Notes: generated by a model not told the origin, from the sequence alone. Numbered from the stretch's first letter, positions 43,520 to 52,955 are shown. The stretch: DNA of 64,000 bases from Thermoplasmata archaeon (GCA_035504595.1 DATJRQ010000006.1:39366-103365), one strand, 5' to 3'. Numbers and translations: made by a program.

Positions 43520-44306
43520 ACACCGTTTCTCCTCGAAGGGCGCGCGAGAGCCCGCCATCCGAGAGTCCGCTAATAAGACCTGCGTCCGCGCCGGCGCGCG
43601 CGATGCGCAACATCGTCTCGGCCTTGCCGCGGATCCCGCCGGTGACGTCCACCGCGCCGGGCGACGGTCGGAGCTGGGTGAGGACCGCGTCGTCCAGCTC
43701 GGCGACGACCGCGCGTCGGCCCCGCGGGGATCCCTGGAGGACGCCGGGAACGTCGCTCACGAACAGGACGCGCGCGGCGTCCAGCGGCTCGACGAGGGCC
43801 TCGGCGATCGTGTCGGCGCTCAAGATCGAGGCGCCCCACTCCTCGTCGGGTACCACGTCCCCGAACGAGACGGGGGTGAGACCTCGTCCCAGCGCCTCGA
43901 GGAACGGGGCGGCGTCGAACGCGACGAGCGCGCCCGCCCGGTTGCGGCAGTGGGTGGCGATCGGGACCGAAGCTGGTGAGAGTCCCGCGGCGAGGAGCGC
44001 CCGCAGCACGAGGAGATGGAGGCGACGCACCTCGGCGGCGACGATCGCAGCGCCCCGGGCGCGCTCCCGGGCCGACTGCGCGGCGAGAGGGGCCCGGGCG
44101 AGGCCGAAGCGCTTCGCGCCGGGGTGACCGAACGATCCGGCGCCGTGGAGCACCACCAGCCGAACGGGCGACGCGCCCGCGAGCTCCGCCGCGAGCCGGG
44201 CCAACACCTTGGGGCGGGCCCGTTCGACCTCCCGTTTGCGGGTGATGACCGACCCGCCGAGCTTGACGATGTACAGCGGGTCGCCGCGGCCCGCCGTGGC
44301 GCGCAT
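43488..44306 (-). CDS. ipk: isopentenyl phosphate kinase
   Basis: 272 aa. Reads IVKLGGSVITRK...VVLHGAGSFGH...SADT...VDVTGG, amino-acid-kinase fold with IPK-specific motifs. Confidence 0.85.
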   Translation of the reverse strand: MRATAGRGDPLYIVKLGGSVITRKREVERARPKVLARLAAELAGASPVRLVVLHGAGSFGHPGAKRFGLARAPLAAQSARERARGAAIVAAEVRRLHLLVLRALLAAGLSPASVPIATHCRNRAGALVAFDAAPFLEALGRGLTPVSFGDVVPDEEWGASILSADTIAEALVEPLDAARVLFVSDVPGVLQGSPRGRRAVVAELDDAVLTQLRPSPGAVDVTGGIRGKAETMLRIARAGADAGLISGLSDGGLSRALRGETVYGSWAHARAG

Positions 44307-44321
44307 ACGTTCGACCGGATC

Positions 44322-44543
44322 CTACGCGTGGTCCCAGCCGGCGCGTTCGTTCATGAACATCACTGTGCCGGCGAGGACGAAGAGGACCCCGCTGAAGAAC
44401 AACCACTGGAAGGTGGTGACCCACCACCAGAGCAAGGTGAGGCCGGCCCCGCACAGGAGGGCGGCGGCGACGACCCAGAGCACCGAGATCGGGCTCCGCG
44501 CGTGATGATCCTTCGTCGCCGGGGCGTCCGCATACTCCGACAT
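44322..44543 (-). CDS. small membrane protein (2 TM), 73 aa
   Basis: GC3-rich frame with two hydrophobic helices (ISVLWVVAAALLCGAGLTLLWWWV / WLFFSGVLFVLAGTVMF). It is the first gene of the minus-strand ipk-fni-elp3 string. Confidence 0.55.
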   Translation of the reverse strand: MSEYADAPATKDHHARSPISVLWVVAAALLCGAGLTLLWWWVTTFQWLFFSGVLFVLAGTVMFMNERAGWDHA

Positions 44544-44643
44544 CGAGATTCCGGACGACGGACTCCTTCAAATGAGTTCGGTCAAGGTCGCGATCGGGCC
44601 GAGGGGGTCTCCCCGCCCCCTCCCGGGCCGACCCCGGCCCGAG

Positions 44644-44666
44644 ATTTCCGGCCGTCGCCCGGAAAT
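44644..44666. repeat. inverted repeat ATTTCCGG-N7-CCGGAAAT upstream of cdc6 (ORB-like dyad candidate)
   Basis: Read directly at 44644-44651 and 44659-44666. Degenerate copies are gaGATTCCGGac at ~44546-44557 and CCGGAAAC at ~44769-44776. The adjacent stretch 44664-44695 is the most A/T-rich part of this intergenic region. Confidence 0.35.
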
Positions 44667-44741
44667 TTCGAAAAACCGACAGAAGGTTGATATGGCATGC
44701 TCCCCTCGGACCGCCGCCCGAGGCCCGGGTAGGCGTCGACG

Positions 44742-46169
44742 GTGCCACCTGACACAGACGACCGGCTACCGGAAACGGTGGCCCGGTTGGAGACCCATAC
44801 CGCCACCAACGGGGCGGCGACCCCCGTCAGCGACCGCCCCCCGACCGGAGGGGCCAACGCGGAGCCCCGAGGCACCGCGGCCTCTCCGGCCGGAACTACG
44901 ACCGCCGAGTTCCTGGACGCCTTCCTGCAGACGAAGAGCGAGCTGTTCCAGGAGAACCGCGAGGTGCTCCGCGACTCGTACGTTCCCGCGCGGCTCCCGC
45001 ACCGGGACGGGGAGATCCGTCAGGTCGCCGAGGTGCTCGCTCCCGCGCTGCGCGGCAACACTCCGTCGAACCTGCTGATCTACGGGAAGATCGGGACCGG
45101 TAAGACCGCCGTCGTCACGCAGGTCCGCCAGGACCTTCAGCGCCGCGCCGAGGGCGCCGCGAACCTTACGTTCGTCACCGTCAACTGCGGCAACATCGAC
45201 ACGGCCTACAGTCTGCTCCAGAATGTGGGCAACACGTTCGCGAAGGCCGAAGCCGACCGGATCCCGACCGGCTGGTCGCTCGACCGCGTCCAGGCGGCGA
45301 TGCGTCGCCTGATGGACGCCAAGGGCGGGACGATCGTCCTGGTGCTCGACGAGATCGACCGGCTCGTCCAGCGCAGCGGGGACAACGTCCTGTACACCCT
45401 CAGTCAGCTCAACACCGAGCTCGAGAGCGCGCGGCTCGTGCTCTTGGGGATCTCGAACGACCTCAAGTTCACGAACCACCTCGATGCCCGGGTACGCAGC
45501 CGGCTCAACGAGGAGAAGATCCTGTTCGACCCGTACAAGGCCCCGCAGCTGCAGGACATCCTCCAGGACCGCGCCAAGGTGGCGTTCCGCGACGGGGTCG
45601 TGGACCCGGGCGTCATCGAGCTGTGCGCCGCGTACGCCCAGCTCGAGAGCGGCGACGCCCGACGGGCGCTCGCGCTTCTCCGCCTCGCCGCCGAGATGGC
45701 CGAGCGCGACCATGCGAAGCGGATCACGCGCGACCACGTCGTCAAGGCGAAGAACCGGCTGGAGAAGGACATCATCGTCGAGTGCTGCCGGTCGCTGCCG
45801 CCCCACTGCAAGGTGCTGCTCTACGCCATCCTGCAGTCGTACGAGCGCCGAAAGAACGGCGTCCTCACCGGGGAAGTGTACGACAATTACAAGCGGCTCG
45901 CGGAACGACTGGGCCTCCCGCCGCTGCACGCCCGTTCGATCTCCAACTACGTGAGCGAGCTCGAATCGCTCGGTCTCATCCGGGCGACGATCGTCTCGCG
46001 GGGACGGGGCGGACGGACCCGAGAGATCCAGGTGGACGTGCCGCTCTCGGAAACGATGCCCGCGCTCGAGGAAGACCCGCTCCTTGCCCCGCTCGGTCGG
46101 CCGAAGAGCCGGGGGCAGACGCTGCTGACCAACTTCGACAACCCGGGCCGGACCGGCCCGACGTACTGA
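44742..46169 (+). CDS. cdc6: Orc1/Cdc6 replication initiator
   Basis: 475 aa. Reads ...LFQENREVLRDSYVPARLPHRDGEI...LLIYGKIGTGKTA (Walker A) ...VLDEID...winged-helix C-terminus. The start is uncertain (GTG 44742, GTG 44778 or TTG 44787). Confidence 0.85.
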   Translation: MPPDTDDRLPETVARLETHTATNGAATPVSDRPPTGGANAEPRGTAASPAGTTTAEFLDAFLQTKSELFQENREVLRDSYVPARLPHRDGEIRQVAEVLAPALRGNTPSNLLIYGKIGTGKTAVVTQVRQDLQRRAEGAANLTFVTVNCGNIDTAYSLLQNVGNTFAKAEADRIPTGWSLDRVQAAMRRLMDAKGGTIVLVLDEIDRLVQRSGDNVLYTLSQLNTELESARLVLLGISNDLKFTNHLDARVRSRLNEEKILFDPYKAPQLQDILQDRAKVAFRDGVVDPGVIELCAAYAQLESGDARRALALLRLAAEMAERDHAKRITRDHVVKAKNRLEKDIIVECCRSLPPHCKVLLYAILQSYERRKNGVLTGEVYDNYKRLAERLGLPPLHARSISNYVSELESLGLIRATIVSRGRGGRTREIQVDVPLSETMPALEEDPLLAPLGRPKSRGQTLLTNFDNPGRTGPTY

Positions 46170-46171
46170 CC

Positions 46172-46390
46172 CTAGGACGAAGTGGCGTCGTCCGCCCGTT
46201 CCGCGGTCGGCGACGTCTCGGACAGCGCGTCGGCGGCTTGTCGTCGGGCCCGTTCCCGTCGCAGGGCCCGCAGCTCCCGTTCGAGCTCGCACAGGTCCGC
46301 GGCGGCCCGTCGCACGCGCGTGCGGCCGATCGTTTCCAGCGTCGCGATCTCGCGCTCGAGGGCCTCGTCCGACCCTCGGAAGCCGCTCAT
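46172..46390 (-). CDS. small coiled-coil protein, 72 aa
   Basis: ATG 46390 overlaps the TGA of the upstream aldehyde dehydrogenase (ATGA). GC3-rich frame with heptad-like EALEREIATLE...LCELERELRALRRE. Confidence 0.45.
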   Translation of the reverse strand: MSGFRGSDEALEREIATLETIGRTRVRRAAADLCELERELRALRRERARRQAADALSETSPTAERADDATSS

Positions 46391-47883
46391 TCCCCGGGGC
46401 CGTCCTCGATCTGGGCCTTCTGGAGCTTCGAGGAGAAGTCCACGAAGACCGTCTTGATCTCGGTGAACTCGTCGATCGCGACGCTGCCCGCCTCGCGGCC
46501 GCCGTTCCCGGTGTTCTTCACGCCGCCGAACGGCAGCTGGACCTCGGCCCCGATCGTCGGGGCGTTGATGTACGTGATCCCCGCCTCGAGGTCGTCCATC
46601 GCACGGAACGCCCGGTTGACGTCCCGGGTGTAGATCGAAGAGGAGAGCCCGTACTCGACATCGTTCGCAACGCGGACCGCCTCGTCGTAGCTTCCGACCT
46701 TGATCACCGAGAGCACCGGTCCGAAGATCTCCTCCTTCGAGATCCGCGAGCCGTGCTTCGTCTCGAAGATCGTCGGGGCGATGAAATACCCCCGGTCGTA
46801 CGACCCGCCGGTAAGCTTCTGACCTCCCGTCCGGAGCGTCGCCTCCTTCTTCCCGATCTCGATGTACTCGAGGATCTTTTTCTCCTGGTCGGCCGACGCG
46901 ACCGGACCCATGCCGGTCTTTGGGTCGAGCGGGTCACCGACCGAGAACGACTCGAGACGCTTCGTGAGGCGACCGAGGAACTCGTCGTAGACGGCCGAGT
47001 GAAGGATGAGCCGGCTGGTCGCTGTGCACCGCTGCCCCGATGTGCCGAACGCGGCGAACAGGACCCCCTCGAGCGCGAGGGAGAGGTCGGCGTCCTCCAT
47101 GACGATCATCGGGTTCTTCCCGCCGAGCTCGAGGTGGACCATCTTGAGACCCTGGGCGCCCCGGACGTAGACGTCGCGACCGGTCTCCACCCCCCCGGTG
47201 AACGAGACCGTCCGGACGCGCGGGTCCGCCACCAGGGCGTTGCCGACGACCCCGCCGGAACCCGTGACGAAATTGAGGACCCCGGGCGGGAGGCCCGCGT
47301 CCTCGTAGATCTTCACGACCTCCACGGCGCACCGGGCGGTGTTCGACGCGGGCTTGAACACGATCGAGTTGCCGCTGATCAGCGCGGCGGCGATCTTCCA
47401 GTTCGGGATCGCGGTCGGGAAGTTCCACGGGGTGATGCACGCGACCACGCCCTTCGGCTGCCGGATCGTCAGGCAGAACTTGGAGCGGAGCTCGGACGGC
47501 ACCGTCTCCCCGGCGAGCCGACGCCCCTCGGCCGCCATGTACTCGATGAAATCGATCGACTCCTGGACGTCCCCGAGCCCCTCCGCGATCACCTTGCCCA
47601 TTTCGCGGGTGACGATCCGGCCGACCGCGGACTTGCGCGACTTCAGGAGTCGGGCGGCCTCGAGCAGGATGTCGCCCCGCTTCGGCGCGGGAGTCTCCTT
47701 CCACGCCGGGAAGGCCTTCGTCGCGGCAGAGATCGCCCGGTCCACGTCCTCGGGGGTCCCCGACACGAACGAGGCGATCGGTTCCTTCGTGGCCGGGTTG
47801 ATGGTCTGGAACCGTTTCGCCGTCGGCGGCGACACCCACTTCCCGTCGATGAACAGACCGAACTCCTCTACCGGGGGCGCCAT
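46387..47883 (-). CDS. NAD(P)-dependent aldehyde dehydrogenase
   Basis: C-terminal 498 aa of track ORF 46387..48072, from ATG 47883. Reads ...FIDGKWV...ITPWNFP...FTGGVETG...ELGGKNP...GQRCTA (catalytic Glu and Cys). Confidence 0.85.
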   Translation of the reverse strand: MAPPVEEFGLFIDGKWVSPPTAKRFQTINPATKEPIASFVSGTPEDVDRAISAATKAFPAWKETPAPKRGDILLEAARLLKSRKSAVGRIVTREMGKVIAEGLGDVQESIDFIEYMAAEGRRLAGETVPSELRSKFCLTIRQPKGVVACITPWNFPTAIPNWKIAAALISGNSIVFKPASNTARCAVEVVKIYEDAGLPPGVLNFVTGSGGVVGNALVADPRVRTVSFTGGVETGRDVYVRGAQGLKMVHLELGGKNPMIVMEDADLSLALEGVLFAAFGTSGQRCTATSRLILHSAVYDEFLGRLTKRLESFSVGDPLDPKTGMGPVASADQEKKILEYIEIGKKEATLRTGGQKLTGGSYDRGYFIAPTIFETKHGSRISKEEIFGPVLSVIKVGSYDEAVRVANDVEYGLSSSIYTRDVNRAFRAMDDLEAGITYINAPTIGAEVQLPFGGVKNTGNGGREAGSVAIDEFTEIKTVFVDFSSKLQKAQIEDGPGE

Positions 47884-48004
47884 GAATCGGGGGCGAATCG
47901 CCCGCAAGGGTACATAGGGGTTGCCGGCCCGCGTCGCCCGTAGGAGCGGCTCCACCGGCCGTCGGGGTAAAGACTTTCGCGGGAGGCGGCTACCGGGGAC
48001 GGCC

Positions 48005-49300
48005 GTGATCGACCCGGAGCTGATGCGCAAGGAACCCGAGCGGGTCCTCGCGAACCTCGAACGGCGGCGCAACCCCGACCTGGTCCGCCTCTTCGAGGAG
48101 GCGCGCGCGAAGGACGCGGAGTGGCGCGCAATCGTCGTGGAGGCCGACCGACTTCGGCAGCGCCGGAACGAGCTGAGCCACCAGATCGCCGACGAGCGAA
48201 AGCGGGGGATTACCTCCTCGACGCTCGACGAGGAGGCGAAGCGGATTCCCGAGGCGCTCCGCGTCGTCGAGGCGCGCGAGACCGAGGTCCGGATCGCACG
48301 GGACCTTTCGGTCCGCCGTCTGCCGAACCTCCTCGACGACTCGGTCCCCTACGGGAAGGACGACCGCGAAAACGTCGTGGCCGGTACGTGGGGGGATCCT
48401 CCCGCCCCCGAGCCGGGGCTGCTCGCGCACGGCGAGCTGCTCGAGAAGCTCGGGATGGCCGACTTCGACCGCGCCCGTCGGGCGAGCGGCGCCGGATTCT
48501 ACTACCTCAAGGGACCGATCGTCTTGCTCGACCTGGCGCTGCAGCGATTCGCCCTCGACCTCCTCGCCGGGAAGGGGTTCATCCCGGTCGAACCGCCGTA
48601 TCTCCTTCGGCGGGGCCCCTACGAGGGGGTCACCGACCTCGCCGACTTCGAGAACGTGATGTACAAGATCGACGGCGAGGATCTGTACCTCATCGCCACG
48701 AGCGAGCACCCCCTCGCGGCGCTCTACGCCGGCGAGATCCTGGAAGAGGACACCCTGCCGATCCGGCTGGCGGGCGTGAGTCCCTGCTTCCGCAAGGAGA
48801 TCGGGGGCCACGGGGTCGATCAGAAGGGGGTCTTCCGCGTCCACCAGTTCCAGAAGGTCGAGCAGTTCGTGTTCTGCCGCCCCGAGGAGTCCGCCGCGGT
48901 CCACGAAGAGATCCGAGCGAACGCCGAGGAGGTGTTCCGTCAGCTCGCGATCCCGTACCGCGTCGTCAACGTGTGCACGGGCGACGTTGGAACGGTCGCC
49001 GCCAAGAAGTACGACATCGAAGCGTGGTTCCCGCGGCAGCAGGCGTACCGCGAGGTCGTCAGCTGCTCGAATTGCACCGACTACCAGGCGCGTCGGCTCG
49101 GGATCCGGCTGGGGAAGGCGGGAAAGCCGGGGAAGCGGGTGCCTCACACGCTCAACTCCACCGCTGTCGCGACCTCCCGCGCCCTCGCCGTGATCCTGGA
49201 ACAGTACCAGCGCCCCGACGGGACCGTGACGGTCCCCGACGTGCTGCGGCCATACCTCGGCGGACTCGGGGCCCTCGCGCCGGCGCCGCGAGCGGGTTAG
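48005..49300 (+). CDS. serS: serine--tRNA ligase
   Basis: Track ORF 47921..49300, starting at in-frame GTG 48005 (VIDPELMRKEPE...). N-terminal coiled-coil arm. Class II motifs ...FYYLKGP..., ...GVSPCFRKE.G..G.D..G.FRVHQF.KVEQF, ...NSTAVATSRAL. Confidence 0.9.
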   Translation: MIDPELMRKEPERVLANLERRRNPDLVRLFEEARAKDAEWRAIVVEADRLRQRRNELSHQIADERKRGITSSTLDEEAKRIPEALRVVEARETEVRIARDLSVRRLPNLLDDSVPYGKDDRENVVAGTWGDPPAPEPGLLAHGELLEKLGMADFDRARRASGAGFYYLKGPIVLLDLALQRFALDLLAGKGFIPVEPPYLLRRGPYEGVTDLADFENVMYKIDGEDLYLIATSEHPLAALYAGEILEEDTLPIRLAGVSPCFRKEIGGHGVDQKGVFRVHQFQKVEQFVFCRPEESAAVHEEIRANAEEVFRQLAIPYRVVNVCTGDVGTVAAKKYDIEAWFPRQQAYREVVSCSNCTDYQARRLGIRLGKAGKPGKRVPHTLNSTAVATSRALAVILEQYQRPDGTVTVPDVLRPYLGGLGALAPAPRAG

Positions 49301-49431
49301 CCCGACGGGTCGGGGCGGGGGTCGTCGTGCCACGCCAGCGTCTCCTCGACGATTTCTCCGCCCCCGGGGTTCCGTCCGCCGACCCGCCGATCGCGCCCGT
49401 CCGGAGAGCTCAGCCGCCGGGATTGCCCGGG

Positions 49432-51036
49432 GTGTGGCGCGTCCGCGAGGGGTACGTGGAGCATCCGCTCCTCCGGAGCGGGGTCGTACGCGCCCTTCCG
49501 TTCCAGATGGACTTCGCCCGCATCGGGCTCGACGAGGACCTGTTGGTGGTGCTGCCGACGGGGCTCGGGAAGACCGTCATCGCCGCTCTCCTCTCCGCCG
49601 AAGTACTGCGCCGATCCTCCGGGAAGGTCCTCGTCCTGGCGCCGACCCGACCGCTCGTCCAGCAGCACGCGGATTCGTTCGCGAAGTGGCTCACTCCGAT
49701 GCGGTCGGCCCGGTTCACGGGCACGGTCCGGCGTCCGGTCCGCGAGGGCAGCTGGGAGTCCGCGGACCTCGTCTTCGCCACGCCCGAGATCGTCCGGAAC
49801 GACCTGGTCGCCGGCCGGTACGCGCTGACGGACGTCGCCCTCGTCGTCTTCGACGAAGCGCACCACGCGGTCGGGAAGTACGTGTACGTCCCGATCGCGG
49901 AGCAGTATCGCGCCGAGCGCCCCGAGGGAGGGCGCGTGCTCGGGTTGACCGCGTCCCCCGGATCTCGCGACGAGCGAATCGAGGAGGTGGTGGGGGCGCT
50001 CGGCGTCGCCCGGATCGAGGCGCGGTCCCGCGACGACCCGGGCGTCATCGAGTTCGTTCAGCCGACCCAGGTCCAGGAGCGGTGGGTGGACCTTCCCCCC
50101 GAATCGGTCCGGATCCGCGAGCTCCTCGGGACGGCCGCCCACACGACCGCGCGCAAGCTGCAGAAGATGGGCTATCTCCGCACGAAACCGATCCGGTCGC
50201 TGTCGGTGAAGGACCTGGTCGCGCTGCGAGCGGAGATCTTCGCCCGGCCCGGGCCGATGGTGCGCCGGTTCGGCCCGCTGTTCCACCAGCTCGTGCTCCT
50301 GCACCTCCACCACGCCGAGGAGCGACTCGAGACCCAGGGCCTCGAGCCGTTCCTTCAGTACCTGGACCGCGTCGCCGCGAAGCCGAAGCCGAGCCGCGGC
50401 GACCTCGCGTTCCTGAAGCTGCCCGAGGTCGTGCGGGCCCAGGAGGAGGCCCGACGATTCCTCGCCTCGGGCCAAGAGCCGTCGCACCCGAAGCTGGACG
50501 CGCTCGTCTCGCTCGTTCGGGAAACCCTCGCCGAGCCGCGGACCCATCCCCCGCGGATTCTCGTGTTCGCCCAGTACCGGGACACGATCCAGGGGATCCA
50601 GTCGGTGCTCGAGCGGGAGGGGTGGACCGTTGGACGGTTCGTCGGACAGGCGACCCGGGACGCCGACGATCCGGGGATGAACCAGAAAGAGCAGGCGCGC
50701 GTCCTCGAGGGGTTCCGCGGCGGTCGTTTTCCCGTTCTGGTGGCGAGCAGCGTGGCCGAGGAGGGCTTGGACGTCCCGGACGTCGACCTCGTCGTGTTCT
50801 TCGAGTCCGTACCGAGCGAGATCCGGGCGATCCAGCGACGGGGGCGCACGGGCCGCAGCTCGCTCGGCCGCGTCATGTTGCTCCTGACCCGGGAGACCCG
50901 GGATGTCCAGTACCAGGTCGCCGAAGAGCGTCGCGAGAAGTCGATGCGACGGATCGTTCGCCGCCTCTCCACCGAAGCGCGGGCGCGCGGCAGGTCGAAC
51001 GGGGCCGAGCCGGACACCGGGGGGGCGGGCGGATGA
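49432..51036 (+). CDS. hef: Hef/FANCM-like SF2 helicase (helicase domains only, no ERCC4 nuclease domain)
   Basis: C-terminal 534 aa of track ORF 48121..51036, from in-frame GTG 49432 (alternatively GTG 49456). Reads ...LLVVLPTGLGKT..., VFDEAHHAVG, LGLTASPG, inserted helical domain, ...ILVFAQYRDT...VLVASSVAEEGLDVPDVDLVVFFE...IQRRGRTGR. Confidence 0.8.
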   Translation: MWRVREGYVEHPLLRSGVVRALPFQMDFARIGLDEDLLVVLPTGLGKTVIAALLSAEVLRRSSGKVLVLAPTRPLVQQHADSFAKWLTPMRSARFTGTVRRPVREGSWESADLVFATPEIVRNDLVAGRYALTDVALVVFDEAHHAVGKYVYVPIAEQYRAERPEGGRVLGLTASPGSRDERIEEVVGALGVARIEARSRDDPGVIEFVQPTQVQERWVDLPPESVRIRELLGTAAHTTARKLQKMGYLRTKPIRSLSVKDLVALRAEIFARPGPMVRRFGPLFHQLVLLHLHHAEERLETQGLEPFLQYLDRVAAKPKPSRGDLAFLKLPEVVRAQEEARRFLASGQEPSHPKLDALVSLVRETLAEPRTHPPRILVFAQYRDTIQGIQSVLEREGWTVGRFVGQATRDADDPGMNQKEQARVLEGFRGGRFPVLVASSVAEEGLDVPDVDLVVFFESVPSEIRAIQRRGRTGRSSLGRVMLLLTRETRDVQYQVAEERREKSMRRIVRRLSTEARARGRSNGAEPDTGGAGG

Positions 51037-51092
51037 GGGCCGCGGGATAAGACTTCCGAGCGCGTGCTAGCGCATGCCCGTCCGTCGGCGAG

Positions 51093-51100
51093 GCTAAATA
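51093..51100 (+). promoter_or_regulatory. TATA-like box (CTAAATAA) upstream of kdpF
   Basis: gaggCTAAATAAcc lies 34-41 nt upstream of ATG 51134. Confidence 0.35.
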
Positions 51101-51133
51101 ACCACATCCGGGTCGAACGCCGCCCAGGTGTCG

Positions 51134-51247
51134 ATGGGGACGGTTTCCGCGCTTGCGCAGAACTTCGGACTCGTTACCCTGACCGTCATCGCCATCGTGC
51201 TGACGGTCTACCTTCTCTACGCGATGATCCACCCCGAGAAGTTCTAG
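51134..51247 (+). CDS. kdpF: K+-transporting ATPase subunit F
   Basis: Not in the ORF track (37 aa). Reads MGTVSALAQNFGLVTLTVIAIVLTVYLLYAMIHPEKF: a single TM helix ending in the KdpF-typical Y-L-x-Y-A-x-x-x-P-E-K-F. The stop lies 7 nt before the kdpA GTG. Confidence 0.8.
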   Translation: MGTVSALAQNFGLVTLTVIAIVLTVYLLYAMIHPEKF

Positions 51248-51254
51248 GGAGCCC

Positions 51255-52955
51255 GTGGTCGCCCTCCAGTCGTTCTGGGACGTCATCGTCGTTGTAGCGC
51301 TGGTCATTGCGATCGCCCCGTGGTTCGGGGAGTACCTCGGCCGGGTCTACATGAACCGACCGGCGTTCGGTGACGCCCTCCTCGCTCCGGTCGAGCGGGC
51401 GGTCTACCGGCTCCTCGGCACGTCTCCGCGGCGCTCGATGCGCCCCTCGGAGTACATGCTCGCCGTCATCCTCGTGAACGCGGGCGTCTTTGCGTTCCTC
51501 TTCCTCTACTTCTTTTTCCAGGCGAGCCTTCCGCTCGACGCGACCGGCGTTCCCGGTCTTACCTGGGACCTCGCCTTCCACTCGGCGGCGAGCTTCACCA
51601 CGAACACCGACTTCACGCACTTCACCAACGAGTCCCAGATGAGCATGGGCTCGGAGCTGATCGCCTGGCAGCTCGCCCTGTTCGCCTCCGCGGCGACGGG
51701 CCTCTCGGTCGCCGTGGCGATGGTCCGGGGGTTCATCCGAAAGGACGGGACTCTCGGCAACTTCTACGTCGACATGGTCCGGAGCGTCACCCGGATCCTG
51801 CTGCCGCTCGCGATCGTGTTCGCCGTGATCCTCGTGCTGATGGGAGTTCCCGAGACGTTCACGAACTATGTGACGGCCCACCCGCTGACCGGTGGTACCC
51901 AGACGATCTACCTCGGCCCCGCCGCGTCGTTCCAGGCGATGTCGTTGCTCGGCACGAACGGCGGTGGGTGGTACAGCGCGAACGCGGCCTCGCCGCTCGC
52001 GAACCCCTCCGCGGTCTCGAACCTGTTCCAGGTCGGGGTGATGATGCTGATCCCGTTCTCCACTCCGTTCGCGTTCGGGGCGATCATTCGCAAGCGCGGC
52101 GAGGCGTGGCCGTACATGGGCACGATCCTCATCGTGTTCGTGGTCGCGCTCGGTCTCTTCATCGCGTACCAGGCGGCGACCAACCCCGCGCTCGCCAGCA
52201 TCGCGAACCTCTCGCAGGGGGCGAACGGATACCCGGTCGGTCAGGAGACCCGGTTCAGCCTGCCCGAAGCGTCGCTCTTCCAGGTCGTCAGCGTCTACTC
52301 GAACGTCGGCGCGAACAACATGGCGATCGGCTCGCTCTCCCCGGTCTCCCAGATGGTGCTGCTGTTCGGGATGTTCACCCAGAGCACTCCCGGGGGCGAG
52401 GGGACCGGGTTCGGCACGCTGCTCCTGTTCGCCGTGCTCGCGATCTTCATCGCCGGTCTGATGGTCGGACGGACCCCGGAGTACCTGGGAAAGAAGATCG
52501 AGACCAGCCACGTCAAATGGGCCGCCCTCGCCCTTCTCATCCACCCGGCGGTGATCCTGATCCCATTCGCGGTCGGCGTGGTCGTCGGGGCTCCGGGGAT
52601 CGCCGGCGCCAACATCCACGCCTCCGCTCACAACTTTACCGCGGTGCTGTACGAACTGACCTCCGAAGCGGCGAACAACGGGAGCGCGCTCTCCACCGCC
52701 TCGTTCACCGATAACACGCCGTTCTGGAACGTCACCGGGGCGTTCGTGATGCTGGTCGGCCGGTTCGTCCCGATCTGGGCGATGATCCAGATCGGGGGCC
52801 TCTTCGCCTCGCAGAGCGACCGTCCGCCCAGCTCGGGCACGCTCCAAACGGCGAGCGTGACGTTCACGATCTACCTGACGCTGATCCTCGTGATCGTCTC
52901 CACGCTCCTCTTCCTGCCGGTCATTGCGATGGGCCCGCTGGCCCAGATCATCTGA
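51255..52955 (+). CDS. kdpA: K+-transporting ATPase subunit A
   Basis: 566 aa. Reads ...APWFGEYLGRVY...LLGTNGGGWYSANAASPLANP...SNVGANNMA...PGGEGTGF, KdpA selectivity-filter-like repeats. Confidence 0.9.
   Translation: MVALQSFWDVIVVVALVIAIAPWFGEYLGRVYMNRPAFGDALLAPVERAVYRLLGTSPRRSMRPSEYMLAVILVNAGVFAFLFLYFFFQASLPLDATGVPGLTWDLAFHSAASFTTNTDFTHFTNESQMSMGSELIAWQLALFASAATGLSVAVAMVRGFIRKDGTLGNFYVDMVRSVTRILLPLAIVFAVILVLMGVPETFTNYVTAHPLTGGTQTIYLGPAASFQAMSLLGTNGGGWYSANAASPLANPSAVSNLFQVGVMMLIPFSTPFAFGAIIRKRGEAWPYMGTILIVFVVALGLFIAYQAATNPALASIANLSQGANGYPVGQETRFSLPEASLFQVVSVYSNVGANNMAIGSLSPVSQMVLLFGMFTQSTPGGEGTGFGTLLLFAVLAIFIAGLMVGRTPEYLGKKIETSHVKWAALALLIHPAVILIPFAVGVVVGAPGIAGANIHASAHNFTAVLYELTSEAANNGSALSTASFTDNTPFWNVTGAFVMLVGRFVPIWAMIQIGGLFASQSDRPPSSGTLQTASVTFTIYLTLILVIVSTLLFLPVIAMGPLAQII

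Noticed and set aside
48121-49431. N-terminal ~437 aa of track ORF 48121..51036, and analogous upstream extensions of ORFs 120..1658, 14977..17256, 17413..19317, 54393..55793, 55676..57385, 57382..59064, 59525..60469, 60450..61436 and 61821..63854
   Set aside because: These extensions run out of frame through the preceding real gene (here serS) and are Arg/Pro-rich. The recognisable protein begins at an internal start that usually overlaps or abuts the upstream stop codon.
51057-51080. Quasi-palindrome gcgcgtGCTAGCgcatgc upstream of kdpF, considered as a regulator binding site
   Set aside because: Only the central GCTAGC is truly palindromic. The flanks do not pair (cgcgt vs gcatg), so I do not regard it as a supported operator.
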